A stretch of DNA of 64,000 nucleotides from contig JBGSMV010000033.1 of NCBI GenBank assembly GCA_041739995.1, positions 13,251-77,250 on the forward strand. Direction: 5' to 3'. A program made the position numbers and the translations under genes. Origin of the DNA: Bdellovibrionota bacterium (GTDB taxonomy: Bacteria > Bdellovibrionota_C > UBA2361 > JBGSMV01). The notes below the pieces were generated by a model. That model did no database searches and was not told the origin of the DNA. It saw only the letters and a program-made list of their open reading frames with translations. Of the stretch, positions 53,068-62,446 are shown piece after piece; the stretch's first letter is position 1, and the number at the start of each line of letters is the position of its first letter.

Positions 53068-53361
53068 CCCCGTAGTGCTTCGCGCTAATGCGGGTTTTCT
53101 TCGTCATCGTTGTGCTTTTGTCGTCAGACTTGTCTTTTAGAGACAGCTTCTGAGGTGTCGCTGTGTATTTTTGAAGTGGCTACTTCGAAATCACTCGCAC
53201 CTCACCGGAAGTGCTCTTAAAGAGAATTCGCACGACACGGGGATTTTCTGTCTTTGCGTTCGACCCTTGAGTGCGCGGCGGAAATCGAAAAGGTTTGTGT
53301 GTTTTTTTGACAAACAGTTCATTCGGTCTTTTGGCAAATAGTTTTTTAAGGAGTATCGGCT

Positions 53362-53853
53362 ATGAAATTCTGGTCCAACTCAGACATCCCCTCACACGGA
53401 ACTTTTGTACCAGAGAAGCGCTTGCTCGCCGCCGTGCTCCAACGTGCCATTACAGATTTTATTACCGGTGACGGAGAGCTCAAAGAAGGCTCACGCCTTT
53501 GGCTTCTCGAAGACGAGAGCTGCTCAGACGCCCCTCTTTCTTTTCGCTTCATCTGCGAAGCCCTAGATCTCGATCTTGGGGGATTAAAGAAGGCCATATT
53601 CATTCAAGAATCCGCACAGGCCGAGGCAGTAAAGGTCTACGGCAAAACCACTACAGGCAAGGCCGAAGCTGCTCGCCCAGTCGCTGTTTCAGAAGTGGCG
53701 AGAATCGTTGGCACTACCGCAATCGTAAGCCCCCGAACACAAGTAGCGAGCACAGAGGTTCTCCCTACCCCGCGAACTTCAGACATTGTTCGCACGGATA
53801 TTGTCCGCGGAGAGTTTATCGTTTCGGATGCGGGCGCCCAGGCGCTGCACTAG
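53362..53853 (+). CDS. Conserved-looking small hypothetical protein (paralog A)
   Basis: AAGGAG SD; PEKRLLAAVLQRAITD...WL...LSFRFICEALDLD; low-complexity tail. Confidence 0.75.
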   Translation: MKFWSNSDIPSHGTFVPEKRLLAAVLQRAITDFITGDGELKEGSRLWLLEDESCSDAPLSFRFICEALDLDLGGLKKAIFIQESAQAEAVKVYGKTTTGKAEAARPVAVSEVARIVGTTAIVSPRTQVASTEVLPTPRTSDIVRTDIVRGEFIVSDAGAQALH

Positions 53854-54409
53854 GAGCCGAACGACCAGCGCGTCACAAGTAGAAGTAACTGCTAACACCA
53901 GCACCGCATATGCATTGCGGCTAGCGCACTAGCGCTGACGCAATACCATCGAATGTTCATGCGCAGCATTCCCTACGCGCAGCTTTGCGTGTCAGCCCTT
54001 TCCGTGCGCTCGCACCTCTTTAGGAGAAAGGAACTGCACCACCAGAACGAAGCTCTTCTCGTTCAGACCCAAGAAATAATGGCGCGCCACTTTAGACTTG
54101 GTCCGAACAGGACCGATCCGTTCGCTCCGCAGTTTGGCCGACAAACTCCGTCGCGGCCCACACGAGAATTGGGGGCCAAACATCAAACACTGGAACGATT
54201 AGTCTAGGCCTACCCGAGCGAAACCAGCGCGCAGGAGGCAAAGGACCGGCAACGCCGTCACATTTCTAACATGTTGATTTTACATGTTTCACGCGTTTCG
54301 ACGGCCTAGCGATTATGCGGAGTTAGAATGTACGTACTGCAAAACTGAACTTCTCAACCGATCCAGCCGAGATCATAACTACCGGGCACGAAGAGGCCTT
54401 GCTAAACTT

Positions 54410-54679
54410 ATGGGTATGGAGCCAACAGCCGCACGCGGAAATAGTCCTGATAGATGGTCGAAGCTACTTCAGAGCTTAGACGACAAACTCCAGCTCGGAA
54501 TCCTAGACCATTTGAGAAAAATTAAGTCCTACCACTTCGAGGAGGACGTTCTTTTTATTGATCCCTCCACACCAGAGTGTGAGCGCTACCTCTCAAAAGA
54601 TACCGTGATACAGCAACTTCAGCTGCTCGCACATGACGCAGTTCAAGTCGAGAAGGTGAAAATTAAGAAGCTGGACTAA
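54410..54679 (+). CDS. Small protein resembling a stand-alone DnaA N-terminal / Pol III tau C-terminal domain
   Basis: W..LL..L...L...L.......EEDVLFI.......YL......QL.......VEKVKI pattern; start re-called at ATG 54410. Confidence 0.55.
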   Translation: MGMEPTAARGNSPDRWSKLLQSLDDKLQLGILDHLRKIKSYHFEEDVLFIDPSTPECERYLSKDTVIQQLQLLAHDAVQVEKVKIKKLD

Positions 54680-54737
54680 TCTCATCTGTTCGGTGAAGTA
54701 GCATTACTAACTCCACGGCCCCTCACTGCAGGAAACC

Positions 54738-54974
54738 ATGAATACCAAAGGCCATTGCCCTCAATGCCGGACCCCCGAGCGCGCACCTCGTGAGACAAAC
54801 CCCGACTTCCCATTCTGTTCTAAACGCTGCAAGCTTTTAGACCTCGGCGCCTGGGCCAGCGGAAAATATGCAATTCCTGGGCATCCCGCAGAGAGCGGCG
54901 AAACACTGCAAAAGCCGGAACCGCGCGATCCCGACAGCGAGCTTGATGATTTTTCAGATCGCGAATTAAATTGA
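54738..54974 (+). CDS. yacG: DNA gyrase inhibitor YacG
   Basis: CPQC...[24 protein letters not shown] with acidic tail. Confidence 0.92.
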   Translation: MNTKGHCPQCRTPERAPRETNPDFPFCSKRCKLLDLGAWASGKYAIPGHPAESGETLQKPEPRDPDSELDDFSDRELN

Positions 54975-55015
54975 GTCTCGACTCTCCGGCGCTACCGGCA
55001 GCATCAGAGGTGTCC

Positions 55016-55375
55016 TCAAAAAGTTCTGCGTGACTTCTTCCTTGCTGCTGCGGCCCTAGAATTACAGGCGTTCATAATTCCGGTTCTTAGAGCCGGAGCA
55101 TCCAAGCCGAGGCAATCGCAAGCACTCTCAAATGAAAAAACATACTCATTGCCAGGCTCACACACCCACCCCAGCGCTTCTTGGAATCTCTTTTTTGCGG
55201 TCTTGCCCGTCACTCCTGCATAGTTAAGGCAGGTGATAACTCCATCAAAGAGAAGCGCTGCCATTAGGTTTCTCTCTGGTCCACGAAGATGTCCTCCCGG
55301 GCTATCAATCCAATCCCCGAGCAGTACATTTGCGTGTCGAGCAATGTCCGAAGCTACATGTTCTGCGTATGCCAT
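55016..55375 (-). CDS. Conserved-looking small hypothetical protein (paralog B; start re-called at ATG 55375)
   Basis: PERNLMAALLFDGV...A.GWV...VFSFESACDCLGLDAPALR; similar to 53362-53853. Confidence 0.72.
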   Translation of the reverse strand: MAYAEHVASDIARHANVLLGDWIDSPGGHLRGPERNLMAALLFDGVITCLNYAGVTGKTAKKRFQEALGWVCEPGNEYVFSFESACDCLGLDAPALRTGIMNACNSRAAAARKKSRRTF

Positions 55376-55890
55376 GATGTGCCCCCACAAGCGGTGTGTC
55401 CAAGCGAACACAGGCTGCCTGCTAATGGGGTTACTAAGTGCGAAACCCCAGAGCACGCACCATTCGGTTCGAGCAGCGGAGGCGTAACGCGACGCTAATG
55501 AGGAAACCAATGGGAAAACAGCGAAGAAACCAATGAGGAGAAACCAATGGAGCGAACGAGATACACGTCCCCGGGCCCTTCTCCCACGATATTTAAGTAA
55601 TCGAGGGTTAGAACGCTTGAACGAGGGTCCGAAAGCCAACCCCAAACAGATTAGTTCTCGGCACTCTTATTTGCGATGCATTTAGGTTCAAAACGGTTCG
55701 CACGAAGAACGCACCTTCAAGAAATATTTCATGACGAATCAGAACGATTATAGGCGCTCAGACACCCCGCGTTCACGCCTTAAAGCCGATATAGACGCCC
55801 GCATGGCGGCGCTGTGCCAATAGATGGCAATTCAACGTAAAGCTGCCCTGAACGCAGAAAGGTTTTGGGTTTAGAGCTTCAGAAGTAATT

Positions 55891-56124
55891 CTAGCCCTCT
55901 GCAGGAGCCGCTGCAGCTGCCTCTGGACGAGGTGCCGCAACCTTCTTCTTCTTGGAAAGCTTCTTGTCCTCGAAAAGGACATGCTTACGCAGTACAGGAT
56001 CATATTTACGTAATTTAAGCTTGGTTTCGCCCTTAGACTTCTTACGATTCTTGCGATTGGTGTAGAAGACGTTCGTCCCGCCGCTGGAGACCAAGGTTGC
56101 TGATTCTTTCTGAACGCGTGCCAT
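55891..56124 (-). CDS. rpmG: 50S ribosomal protein L33 (zinc-free form, C-terminal extension)
   Basis: LVSS.GT..FYT.RKN...KLKLRKYDPVLRKHVLF; no Cys. Confidence 0.9.
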   Translation of the reverse strand: MARVQKESATLVSSGGTNVFYTNRKNRKKSKGETKLKLRKYDPVLRKHVLFEDKKLSKKKKVAAPRPEAAAAAPAEG

Positions 56125-56479
56125 CGCTAAAAGCCCTCTTTCATTACACCGAGTTAAAAATCGCTTATTGAGCCTTGGGATTTAGCGCTTTTGCCTGAAA
56201 TATTCAAGTGTTGCCCTGTTCTTTGAATCTAAGGCCCCTCTCCGGTCGATTGAGAACCTCCCCAAAGTCCCTGCTAAGCACTTGAATTTGGTAGCCTACG
56301 AATCCATCATCCCAGTCTCTAAGCAGAGCGTATCGTACGGGCAGAGCTAATCGTCTAACTCCCATGGCGGGGAGATTTAATCGGGTGATATGACGGTGTT
56401 GCAGCCGAGAACCTTAGCTGGGCGTAGCCCAGAACGTTTGATGGGCGAAGCCCCGTGTATGTCTATCTAAAGGGATGAA

Positions 56480-57349
56480 ATGAAGGGGATTATTCTTGCA
56501 GGGGGTTCCGGCACGAGGCTCTATCCCATCACGCGAGCCATTAGTAAGCAGCTTCTCCCGGTATACAACAAACCGATGATCTACTACCCGCTGTCGGTAC
56601 TCATGCTGGCTGGCATCCGTGAAGTTTTGATTATCACCACTCCTGTGGACAGGCCGCTGTTTGAGACTTTGCTTGGCGATGGAAGCTTCATCGGCCTCTC
56701 CATTTCATACGCAGTTCAACCTAAACCCGAGGGCCTCGCGCAGTCCTTCCTCATTGGCGAATCATTCATCGGCGCCGACCGCGTCGCTCTGGTTCTTGGA
56801 GATAACCTCTTTTACGGACATGATCTTCCTGTCTATCTGCAACGAGCCTCAAAGCGCACTGAAGGTGCTACCGTGTTCGCATACCAGGTCAGCGATCCGG
56901 AGCGCTACGGCGTGGTAGCATTTGACGCAGCAGGGGCGCCTTCGGAGATTGTAGAAAAACCTTCTGTTCCTCCCTCTCATTGGGCCGTTACTGGCGTTTA
57001 TTTCTACGACAACTCCGTCGTGCAGGTTGCCAAGGATCTCAAACCATCAGCTCGCGGAGAACTTGAGATTACCGATCTCAATCGTGTCTTCCTCAATAGA
57101 GGAGATTTGCACGTTGAGAAAATCGGCCGCGGAATTGCTTGGCTCGACACAGGCACATACTCGTCTCTCTTGCAGGCGTCCCAATTCATCGAAACAATCG
57201 AAGAGCGCCAAGGGCTCATGGTCGCTTGTATCGAGGAAATCGCCTATCGACAGGGATATATCACGGCACAAGATCTTCTTGTGCAAGCCGACCGCCTTGG
57301 CAAAAACTCCTACGGAGCGTACCTGCGCCGAGTGGTTGAGGAAGACTAA
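56480..57349 (+). CDS. rfbA: Glucose-1-phosphate thymidylyltransferase
   Basis: [54 protein letters not shown]. Confidence 0.97.
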   Translation: MKGIILAGGSGTRLYPITRAISKQLLPVYNKPMIYYPLSVLMLAGIREVLIITTPVDRPLFETLLGDGSFIGLSISYAVQPKPEGLAQSFLIGESFIGADRVALVLGDNLFYGHDLPVYLQRASKRTEGATVFAYQVSDPERYGVVAFDAAGAPSEIVEKPSVPPSHWAVTGVYFYDNSVVQVAKDLKPSARGELEITDLNRVFLNRGDLHVEKIGRGIAWLDTGTYSSLLQASQFIETIEERQGLMVACIEEIAYRQGYITAQDLLVQADRLGKNSYGAYLRRVVEED

Positions 57350-57374
57350 ACAATATCACTAGAGAGACTAGGGC

Positions 57375-58631
57375 ATGGATCGAGTTTCAAACCTTGAGTG
57401 GCGCGGCCTCTTACAAGACTGCACTAACCGAAAAGCGATTGTAGAGCTTTCATCCGCAGACAGCTTTTATGTGGGCTATGACCCAACTGCTCCGAGTCTA
57501 CAGCTAGGCAATTTTGTTCCAATGATAGTGTCCCTACACCTGGCGCGCTCGGGCCTACGCTGTATTCAGCTTTTTGGTGGTGCCACCGGCGCAATTGGCG
57601 ATCCTTCAGGACGAAGAACAGAGCGACAGCTTCTCACACGAGAAACTATCACGTCGCACGTCGAGAATCATAAACGCATCGTTTGCTCGATATTCGATCG
57701 TGCGGGGGTAAAAGCAGAAGTCGTCGACAACTTCGAATGGACCAGAGATCTTTCGGTGATGGACTTCCTTCGCGATGTAGGTAAGCACTTTACCGTCAAC
57801 TACATGCTTCAAAAGGATTCCGTACAGTTGAGATTAGGCGAAGAAGGCATGTCCTTCACGGAGTTTAGCTACATGCTACTTCAGGCCTATGACTTTTCTC
57901 ACCTTCTTCAGACTGAGCAGTGCAAGCTCCAAATCGGCGGCTCGGACCAATGGGGCAATATTACTGCGGGACTTGAACTGATCCGCAAGAAAGGTATCGG
58001 AGACGCCTACGCTCTTTCGATCCCTTTGTTGCTCGATAGTCAGGGCCGAAAGTTCGGGAAATCAGCAGAAGGCGCAATTTGGCTTGACCCGAAATACACC
58101 AGCCCCTACCGCTTCCACCAATTCTGGCTCAACGTTGAGGACTCCGATGTAGTGCGTTACCTAAAGGTGTTTACGTTTCTTTCGGCACCCGAGATAGAAG
58201 AGCTCGGAAAAGCCCTCGCTACCAGTCCAGAGAAACGTGAAGCGCAGCGAATGCTCGCTGATTTGGTTTGCGAACTGGTTCATGGCAAAGAGGCTACGGC
58301 ACTCGCCAAGCGCAGCGCGGAAGTGCTCTTTGGCGGTTCGCTTGACGGCTTCAATGAGCAGGAACTATCGGACATTTTCAGTGAAGTTCCCTCGTCTGAG
58401 ATGCTTCGCTCGCAATGTGCGCCCCTTAGCGTTATCGACCTATTTGTATCAACTGGCCTTTCCAAGTCTAAAGGCGAAGCAAAGCGGCTTATCCAAAATG
58501 GTGGTGGATACCTCAACAATGAGCGCGTCACCGATGGAGAGCAGTCCGCTTCAGGGCTATCAGGCTCCCGCTCACTTATACTGCTAAGAAGCGGGAAGAA
58601 GAGTTATCACCTCATTCGAATTGCTGATTAG
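57375..58631 (+). CDS. tyrS: Tyrosyl-tRNA synthetase
   Basis: YVGYDPTAPSL, GGATG.IGDPSG, TEFSY.LLQ.YDF, QIGGSDQWGNI, KFGKS, C-terminal S4 domain. Confidence 0.96.
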   Translation: MDRVSNLEWRGLLQDCTNRKAIVELSSADSFYVGYDPTAPSLQLGNFVPMIVSLHLARSGLRCIQLFGGATGAIGDPSGRRTERQLLTRETITSHVENHKRIVCSIFDRAGVKAEVVDNFEWTRDLSVMDFLRDVGKHFTVNYMLQKDSVQLRLGEEGMSFTEFSYMLLQAYDFSHLLQTEQCKLQIGGSDQWGNITAGLELIRKKGIGDAYALSIPLLLDSQGRKFGKSAEGAIWLDPKYTSPYRFHQFWLNVEDSDVVRYLKVFTFLSAPEIEELGKALATSPEKREAQRMLADLVCELVHGKEATALAKRSAEVLFGGSLDGFNEQELSDIFSEVPSSEMLRSQCAPLSVIDLFVSTGLSKSKGEAKRLIQNGGGYLNNERVTDGEQSASGLSGSRSLILLRSGKKSYHLIRIAD

Positions 58632-58653
58632 AGGACTCACAGAGGCTCAGTGA

Positions 58654-59151
58654 ATGTACACCGCGCTCCTTCAAGGCAGCCTACGTCTTTCTAAGTTCGG
58701 GGAGTGGTGGCACGAAGGAACCCCTTTTGCCAACCAACGTCTTGCCACCCTATTCCATCACTCGATTATTTGGGAACCAGAACGCCAGCTGTTCGTTATT
58801 CGTTTAGGTAAGCAGCAGGCAATTTTTGACGTTGAGGACACTGCATTCTTTGTCGTTCAATTGAATACCGAAGTTTTGCCATGGACCATCGAGCTCAATG
58901 ACGGACGAATTCTTAGTCTCAATCCCCGCTCGTTACAGATTGGCGATGAAGGGCAGTTCTACTGTCTAGTTCCTAAAGAACGGGCTGCAGAGCCTAATCG
59001 TCCGCCTAGTACCGAATCAGAAGTGATTCATGTCCGCGCGCGCTTCATGCGAAGCCCTCACCAATTACTTCTCGAACATGCAGTCGACGAGCACTCGCTG
59101 ATGATAAGCGGCATGCTCGTCTCCCCCTTTCTGTCTCAAGCGCAGAAATAA
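58654..59151 (+). CDS. DUF1285-like hypothetical protein
   Basis: GEWWHEGTPF....L..LF, VEDTAFFV, ARF.R pattern. Confidence 0.65.
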   Translation: MYTALLQGSLRLSKFGEWWHEGTPFANQRLATLFHHSIIWEPERQLFVIRLGKQQAIFDVEDTAFFVVQLNTEVLPWTIELNDGRILSLNPRSLQIGDEGQFYCLVPKERAAEPNRPPSTESEVIHVRARFMRSPHQLLLEHAVDEHSLMISGMLVSPFLSQAQK

Positions 59152-59212
59152 GCTGACTACTTTGAAGATTTCTGAGATCTGTACGCGATGTTATGCGCCA
59201 TACCGGTTCCAT

Positions 59213-59279
59213 CACCGAGGGCGCAAAGGTACACAGAGGTAGGAGTCCTCTCCTCTGTGAAACTCTCTGTCCCCTGTGG
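59213..59279. repeat. Imperfect palindromic element (REP/MITE-like)
   Basis: CACAGAGG (59232-59239) / CCTCTGTG (59252-59259) core with degenerate ~9-bp-period outer arms. Confidence 0.55.
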
Positions 59280-59469
59280 CGCGACACACTCTGTCGCTCA
59301 GATTCAGTTCCGCTTTCGACTGCCACCAAAAGGCAGGAGGAACTTCGCGATTTGTCTACGGCGAGCATCACCAGTATCCACACTGAAGAACAGCACCCAA
59401 CGAGCCTACCGCATCCGCCACCTGTCTCTATCTTGTTGGGACTGCCTAGGTATGAAACCCTAAGCAGCG

Positions 59470-60249
59470 ATGGGAACCAAGGCTCTAAACCCCAAACAAC
59501 GCACGAAAGCACCGCAGCGTGCCCCCCTCTTCATCGGCTCTTCGTGTGCGGCCGTCGCGCCATCGCGAACCACCTGCATATTTCTGCCTCCGCTACTTTG
59601 CCGCACTTTTGTAGGGATTCTGTTCGCTACTCTGTGTGCTGCTTGCGCAAGCACCACGACTTCCAATAAAAACGCAGCGCAAGTGCGAGAGCGCACCCTC
59701 TATGAAGGGGATTCGGCGCGAGAGTTACGCGCCATGTACCTACCAAGCGGCTCTAGCCGCTACAGCGATGACGCAGAATCAGCCCGAGTAAGCCCGAAGA
59801 AACCATGGGGAGATTTCACTCTAGACCAGACAAGTGCCTCCTCGAATGAGAGGAGCACCCCCTGGTGGGCAAAGATACTTTTGTGGGCACCAAACCGTAT
59901 AATCGACTTCTACGATATTTTTCGAGCAGACGTCGGTGCAGGCATGTCCTACGGTGGCGTCCTTCGTCTGAGTCGTCACGTCCAAATGGGCTATCGTGAC
60001 ATAGATCCGGTCTCCGTTAGAGTTGGAGCGTTTGGGCGCAGAGCGCCTGTACTCATCGAACATTCAAACGAATTCGGCATTGGCCCCGCATTTGTCGAAT
60101 CCGATGACCGAAGGATTTGTGATGGTGAGGTTGGTCTAGGCCTGGATGTGTTCCTCGTTGGCGCATATGGAGGGATCTGCGTCGAAGAAGTCGTGGATTT
60201 CGTGGCGGGAATATTCTTCCTTGACGTGATGGGCGACGACATTCGCTGA
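59470..60249 (+). CDS. Hypothetical lipoprotein (start uncertain)
   Basis: Hydrophobic stretch ending LCAAC; C-terminal NRIIDFYDIFR...E.VDFVAGIFFLD..GDD domain. Confidence 0.6.
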   Translation: MGTKALNPKQRTKAPQRAPLFIGSSCAAVAPSRTTCIFLPPLLCRTFVGILFATLCAACASTTTSNKNAAQVRERTLYEGDSARELRAMYLPSGSSRYSDDAESARVSPKKPWGDFTLDQTSASSNERSTPWWAKILLWAPNRIIDFYDIFRADVGAGMSYGGVLRLSRHVQMGYRDIDPVSVRVGAFGRRAPVLIEHSNEFGIGPAFVESDDRRICDGEVGLGLDVFLVGAYGGICVEEVVDFVAGIFFLDVMGDDIR

Positions 60250-60592
60250 GCCGAGATCGATAGGGGCCTCGTTCCCGGCTTCACTAATTGAGGCGTAGAG
60301 ATGAGCCCCGACCATCGTGTGCGATGAATAATATTATAGAGCTGAGCGACATCGCTTCTTCGCGCCGCATGCGCGTAGTAGCTTGGCGGAAGTGGTGTTG
60401 GAATCTATGCCATTAACCTGAAGTTTTCGGAACTCCTGCGATAGGAATCTGAATAAAGAAGCTCAGGTTTCTTGCCCGCGGGAGAGGAAGCTTCTTGTCT
60501 TTCGCCGAATGTTGGTGTCGGTGATGGACTTTCAGCAGGTACATTTCCTACCAGAATCTCAAGAGCGAATCATGTGCTACTGACCCAAAGGA

Positions 60593-62446
60593 TTAGGCGT
60601 TAGGTTCCCGAAGAAGAGTAAGTACTAAACTCGCTGCCTGGTTTGCCTGAGCCAGAATCGCCGCGCCCGATTGCTGCAGTATTTGATTTCTGACCAGCGT
60701 CGCTGTCTCTGCAGCGATGTCGGCATCTACAATTCGAGACTCGGCAGCTTTAAAATTCTCTGTAAATGCACTCAAAAGGCTCAGCGCACTCCCGCTTCGA
60801 CTCAACGCCGCTCCAACCACCCCTCGTTCAGCCGCAACTCGGTTTCGTGCGCTCGTAAGTAGTTCGAGAGTTCCTTGCGCATCTGCTTGCGTGGTAAGAT
60901 TATATCGCTGGAGAGAAGTGCTATCGATCGTCGACGCAAGGAGCGTAAGTACATCAGATGAGGTAGTTGATTTGAGAACTATATCCTCAACTCCGTCTCC
61001 GTTGAGATCAGCCACAATGATACGATTTCCGGTCGAAAGAAGCCCTAGGGTGGTCGGATCTCCATCCTCAAACGTTCCATCTCCATTTCCCTTGTAAACT
61101 GAAAATGTCGTGGCAGTCTCTCTCCACACCAAATCAAGAATTCCATCCCCATCGACATCACCCACATCAAGGCCCACCACTGCGCTGCCACGAGTCAACG
61201 TATCTGAAATCGCAAAAGTACCATCACCATTACTCTGCAAGATATTGGTGGTAAAGCTCGAGCCATCGATTGCTATATCTGCAAGGCCATCATAGTTGAA
61301 GTCACCAATCGTAAGACGTCCATTGCTCACTGCTGAGGTTTGAACCGCGCTTCCGAATGAGCCAGTGCCGTCATTAAGTCTGATCTGCAGTCCAGTGAAG
61401 GAGTTATCGGTGGTAGCGATATCAAGATCGCCGTCTCCATCGGCATCGATGAGCCCAAGCGAAGCTCCATTTCCCGCGGCAACAATCGTAGTAGTCCCAG
61501 AAATTCCACCCGCACCATTTCCCGTAGAGATTCTCAATGAGGTTCCCGAGTAGGTGATCACATCAAGAATACCGTCACCAGTCACATCCCCCAACTTGAC
61601 GTCGGATGAAGTCCCTATACCCAGAGATGTCGCTGCCCCGAAGGTTCCATCTCCGTTGTTGAGAAGGCTATATGTATTTGTCGTTCCACCAGCAACAATA
61701 TCAAGGTCGCCATCACCGTCGATGTCCCCTAAAGCGAACGCACTCGGACCAGATGCTGCATAATCGACCGCTGTCTGAAAAGTTCCGTCTCCATTTCCAA
61801 ACGAGACCCCGATATCTCCTCCGACGGAACTTGAAGTAACCATATCAGGGATGCCGTCACCGTTAACGTCCCCTACTGCGAAGCTAGAAATATTTCCCGA
61901 GGCCGCGGTGTGCGAGACTTCTTCTTCAAAACCAACTCCGATTTTGCGGGCTAGCTGGTTACCAATTGAAAATCGAATTGCTCCGTCCACTCCAAATCCG
62001 GCTTGAACACTCAGCTCGCCCTCTACAAGATTAAGCAACGTTCTTCCGTTAAACTTGGTGGTCTCTAAAATTCGATTAAATTCCTGACGTAAGGACTCCG
62101 CTTCACCATCAAGCGAGAGCCTCTGAATGCGTGAGAGAGATCCGTTGGCAGCCTGCTCGGCAAGTTCAGACATTCGACCAAGGACTCCCCCCAATTCCCC
62201 AAGTGCTGCATCGGCGATGGAAAGAGCACTTACCCCGTCATTCACATTTCTTAATGCTTGAGTATACACTCGAGAGTGACTAGAGAGCCCAGCGGCGACG
62301 CTGCGTCCGGCCGGGTCATCACTCGGACGATTTATCCTTTGCCCAGACGAGAGGCGTTCAAAGCTCTGACTAAGAGCCTGAGAGCTTAACCCGATCTGTC
62401 GTTCAGCTCGGAGTGAAGCGATATTTCTTCCCATCGTGATAGTCAC
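60593..62446 (-). CDS. Flagellin with an FG-GAP/VCBS seven-repeat insertion (start re-called at GTG 62446)
   Basis: N-terminal ERLSSGQRINRPSDDPAG...RNVNDGVS...TKFNG; C-terminal AAESRIVDADIAAET...QILQQSG..ILAQAN; seven DxxGDG-type repeats between them; AGGAAG SD. Confidence 0.9.
   Translation of the reverse strand: MTITMGRNIASLRAERQIGLSSQALSQSFERLSSGQRINRPSDDPAGRSVAAGLSSHSRVYTQALRNVNDGVSALSIADAALGELGGVLGRMSELAEQAANGSLSRIQRLSLDGEAESLRQEFNRILETTKFNGRTLLNLVEGELSVQAGFGVDGAIRFSIGNQLARKIGVGFEEEVSHTAASGNISSFAVGDVNGDGIPDMVTSSSVGGDIGVSFGNGDGTFQTAVDYAASGPSAFALGDIDGDGDLDIVAGGTTNTYSLLNNGDGTFGAATSLGIGTSSDVKLGDVTGDGILDVITYSGTSLRISTGNGAGGISGTTTIVAAGNGASLGLIDADGDGDLDIATTDNSFTGLQIRLNDGTGSFGSAVQTSAVSNGRLTIGDFNYDGLADIAIDGSSFTTNILQSNGDGTFAISDTLTRGSAVVGLDVGDVDGDGILDLVWRETATTFSVYKGNGDGTFEDGDPTTLGLLSTGNRIIVADLNGDGVEDIVLKSTTSSDVLTLLASTIDSTSLQRYNLTTQADAQGTLELLTSARNRVAAERGVVGAALSRSGSALSLLSAFTENFKAAESRIVDADIAAETATLVRNQILQQSGAAILAQANQAASLVLTLLREPNA

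Noticed and set aside
52550..53361. oriC or CRISPR array
   Set aside because: No TTATCCACA boxes noticed and no dnaA nearby; repeats are short and abutting, with no spacers and no cas genes.
53953..54207. Small ORFs on either strand between paralog A and the DnaA_N-like gene
   Set aside because: No recognisable motif or strong SD; unsupported.
57350..57374. T-box leader before tyrS
   Set aside because: 25-nt gap after rfbA.
60284..60295. Inverted partner of the pilT-junction repeat (CTAATTGAGGC)
   Set aside because: Short match needing a 2-nt gap; likely chance.
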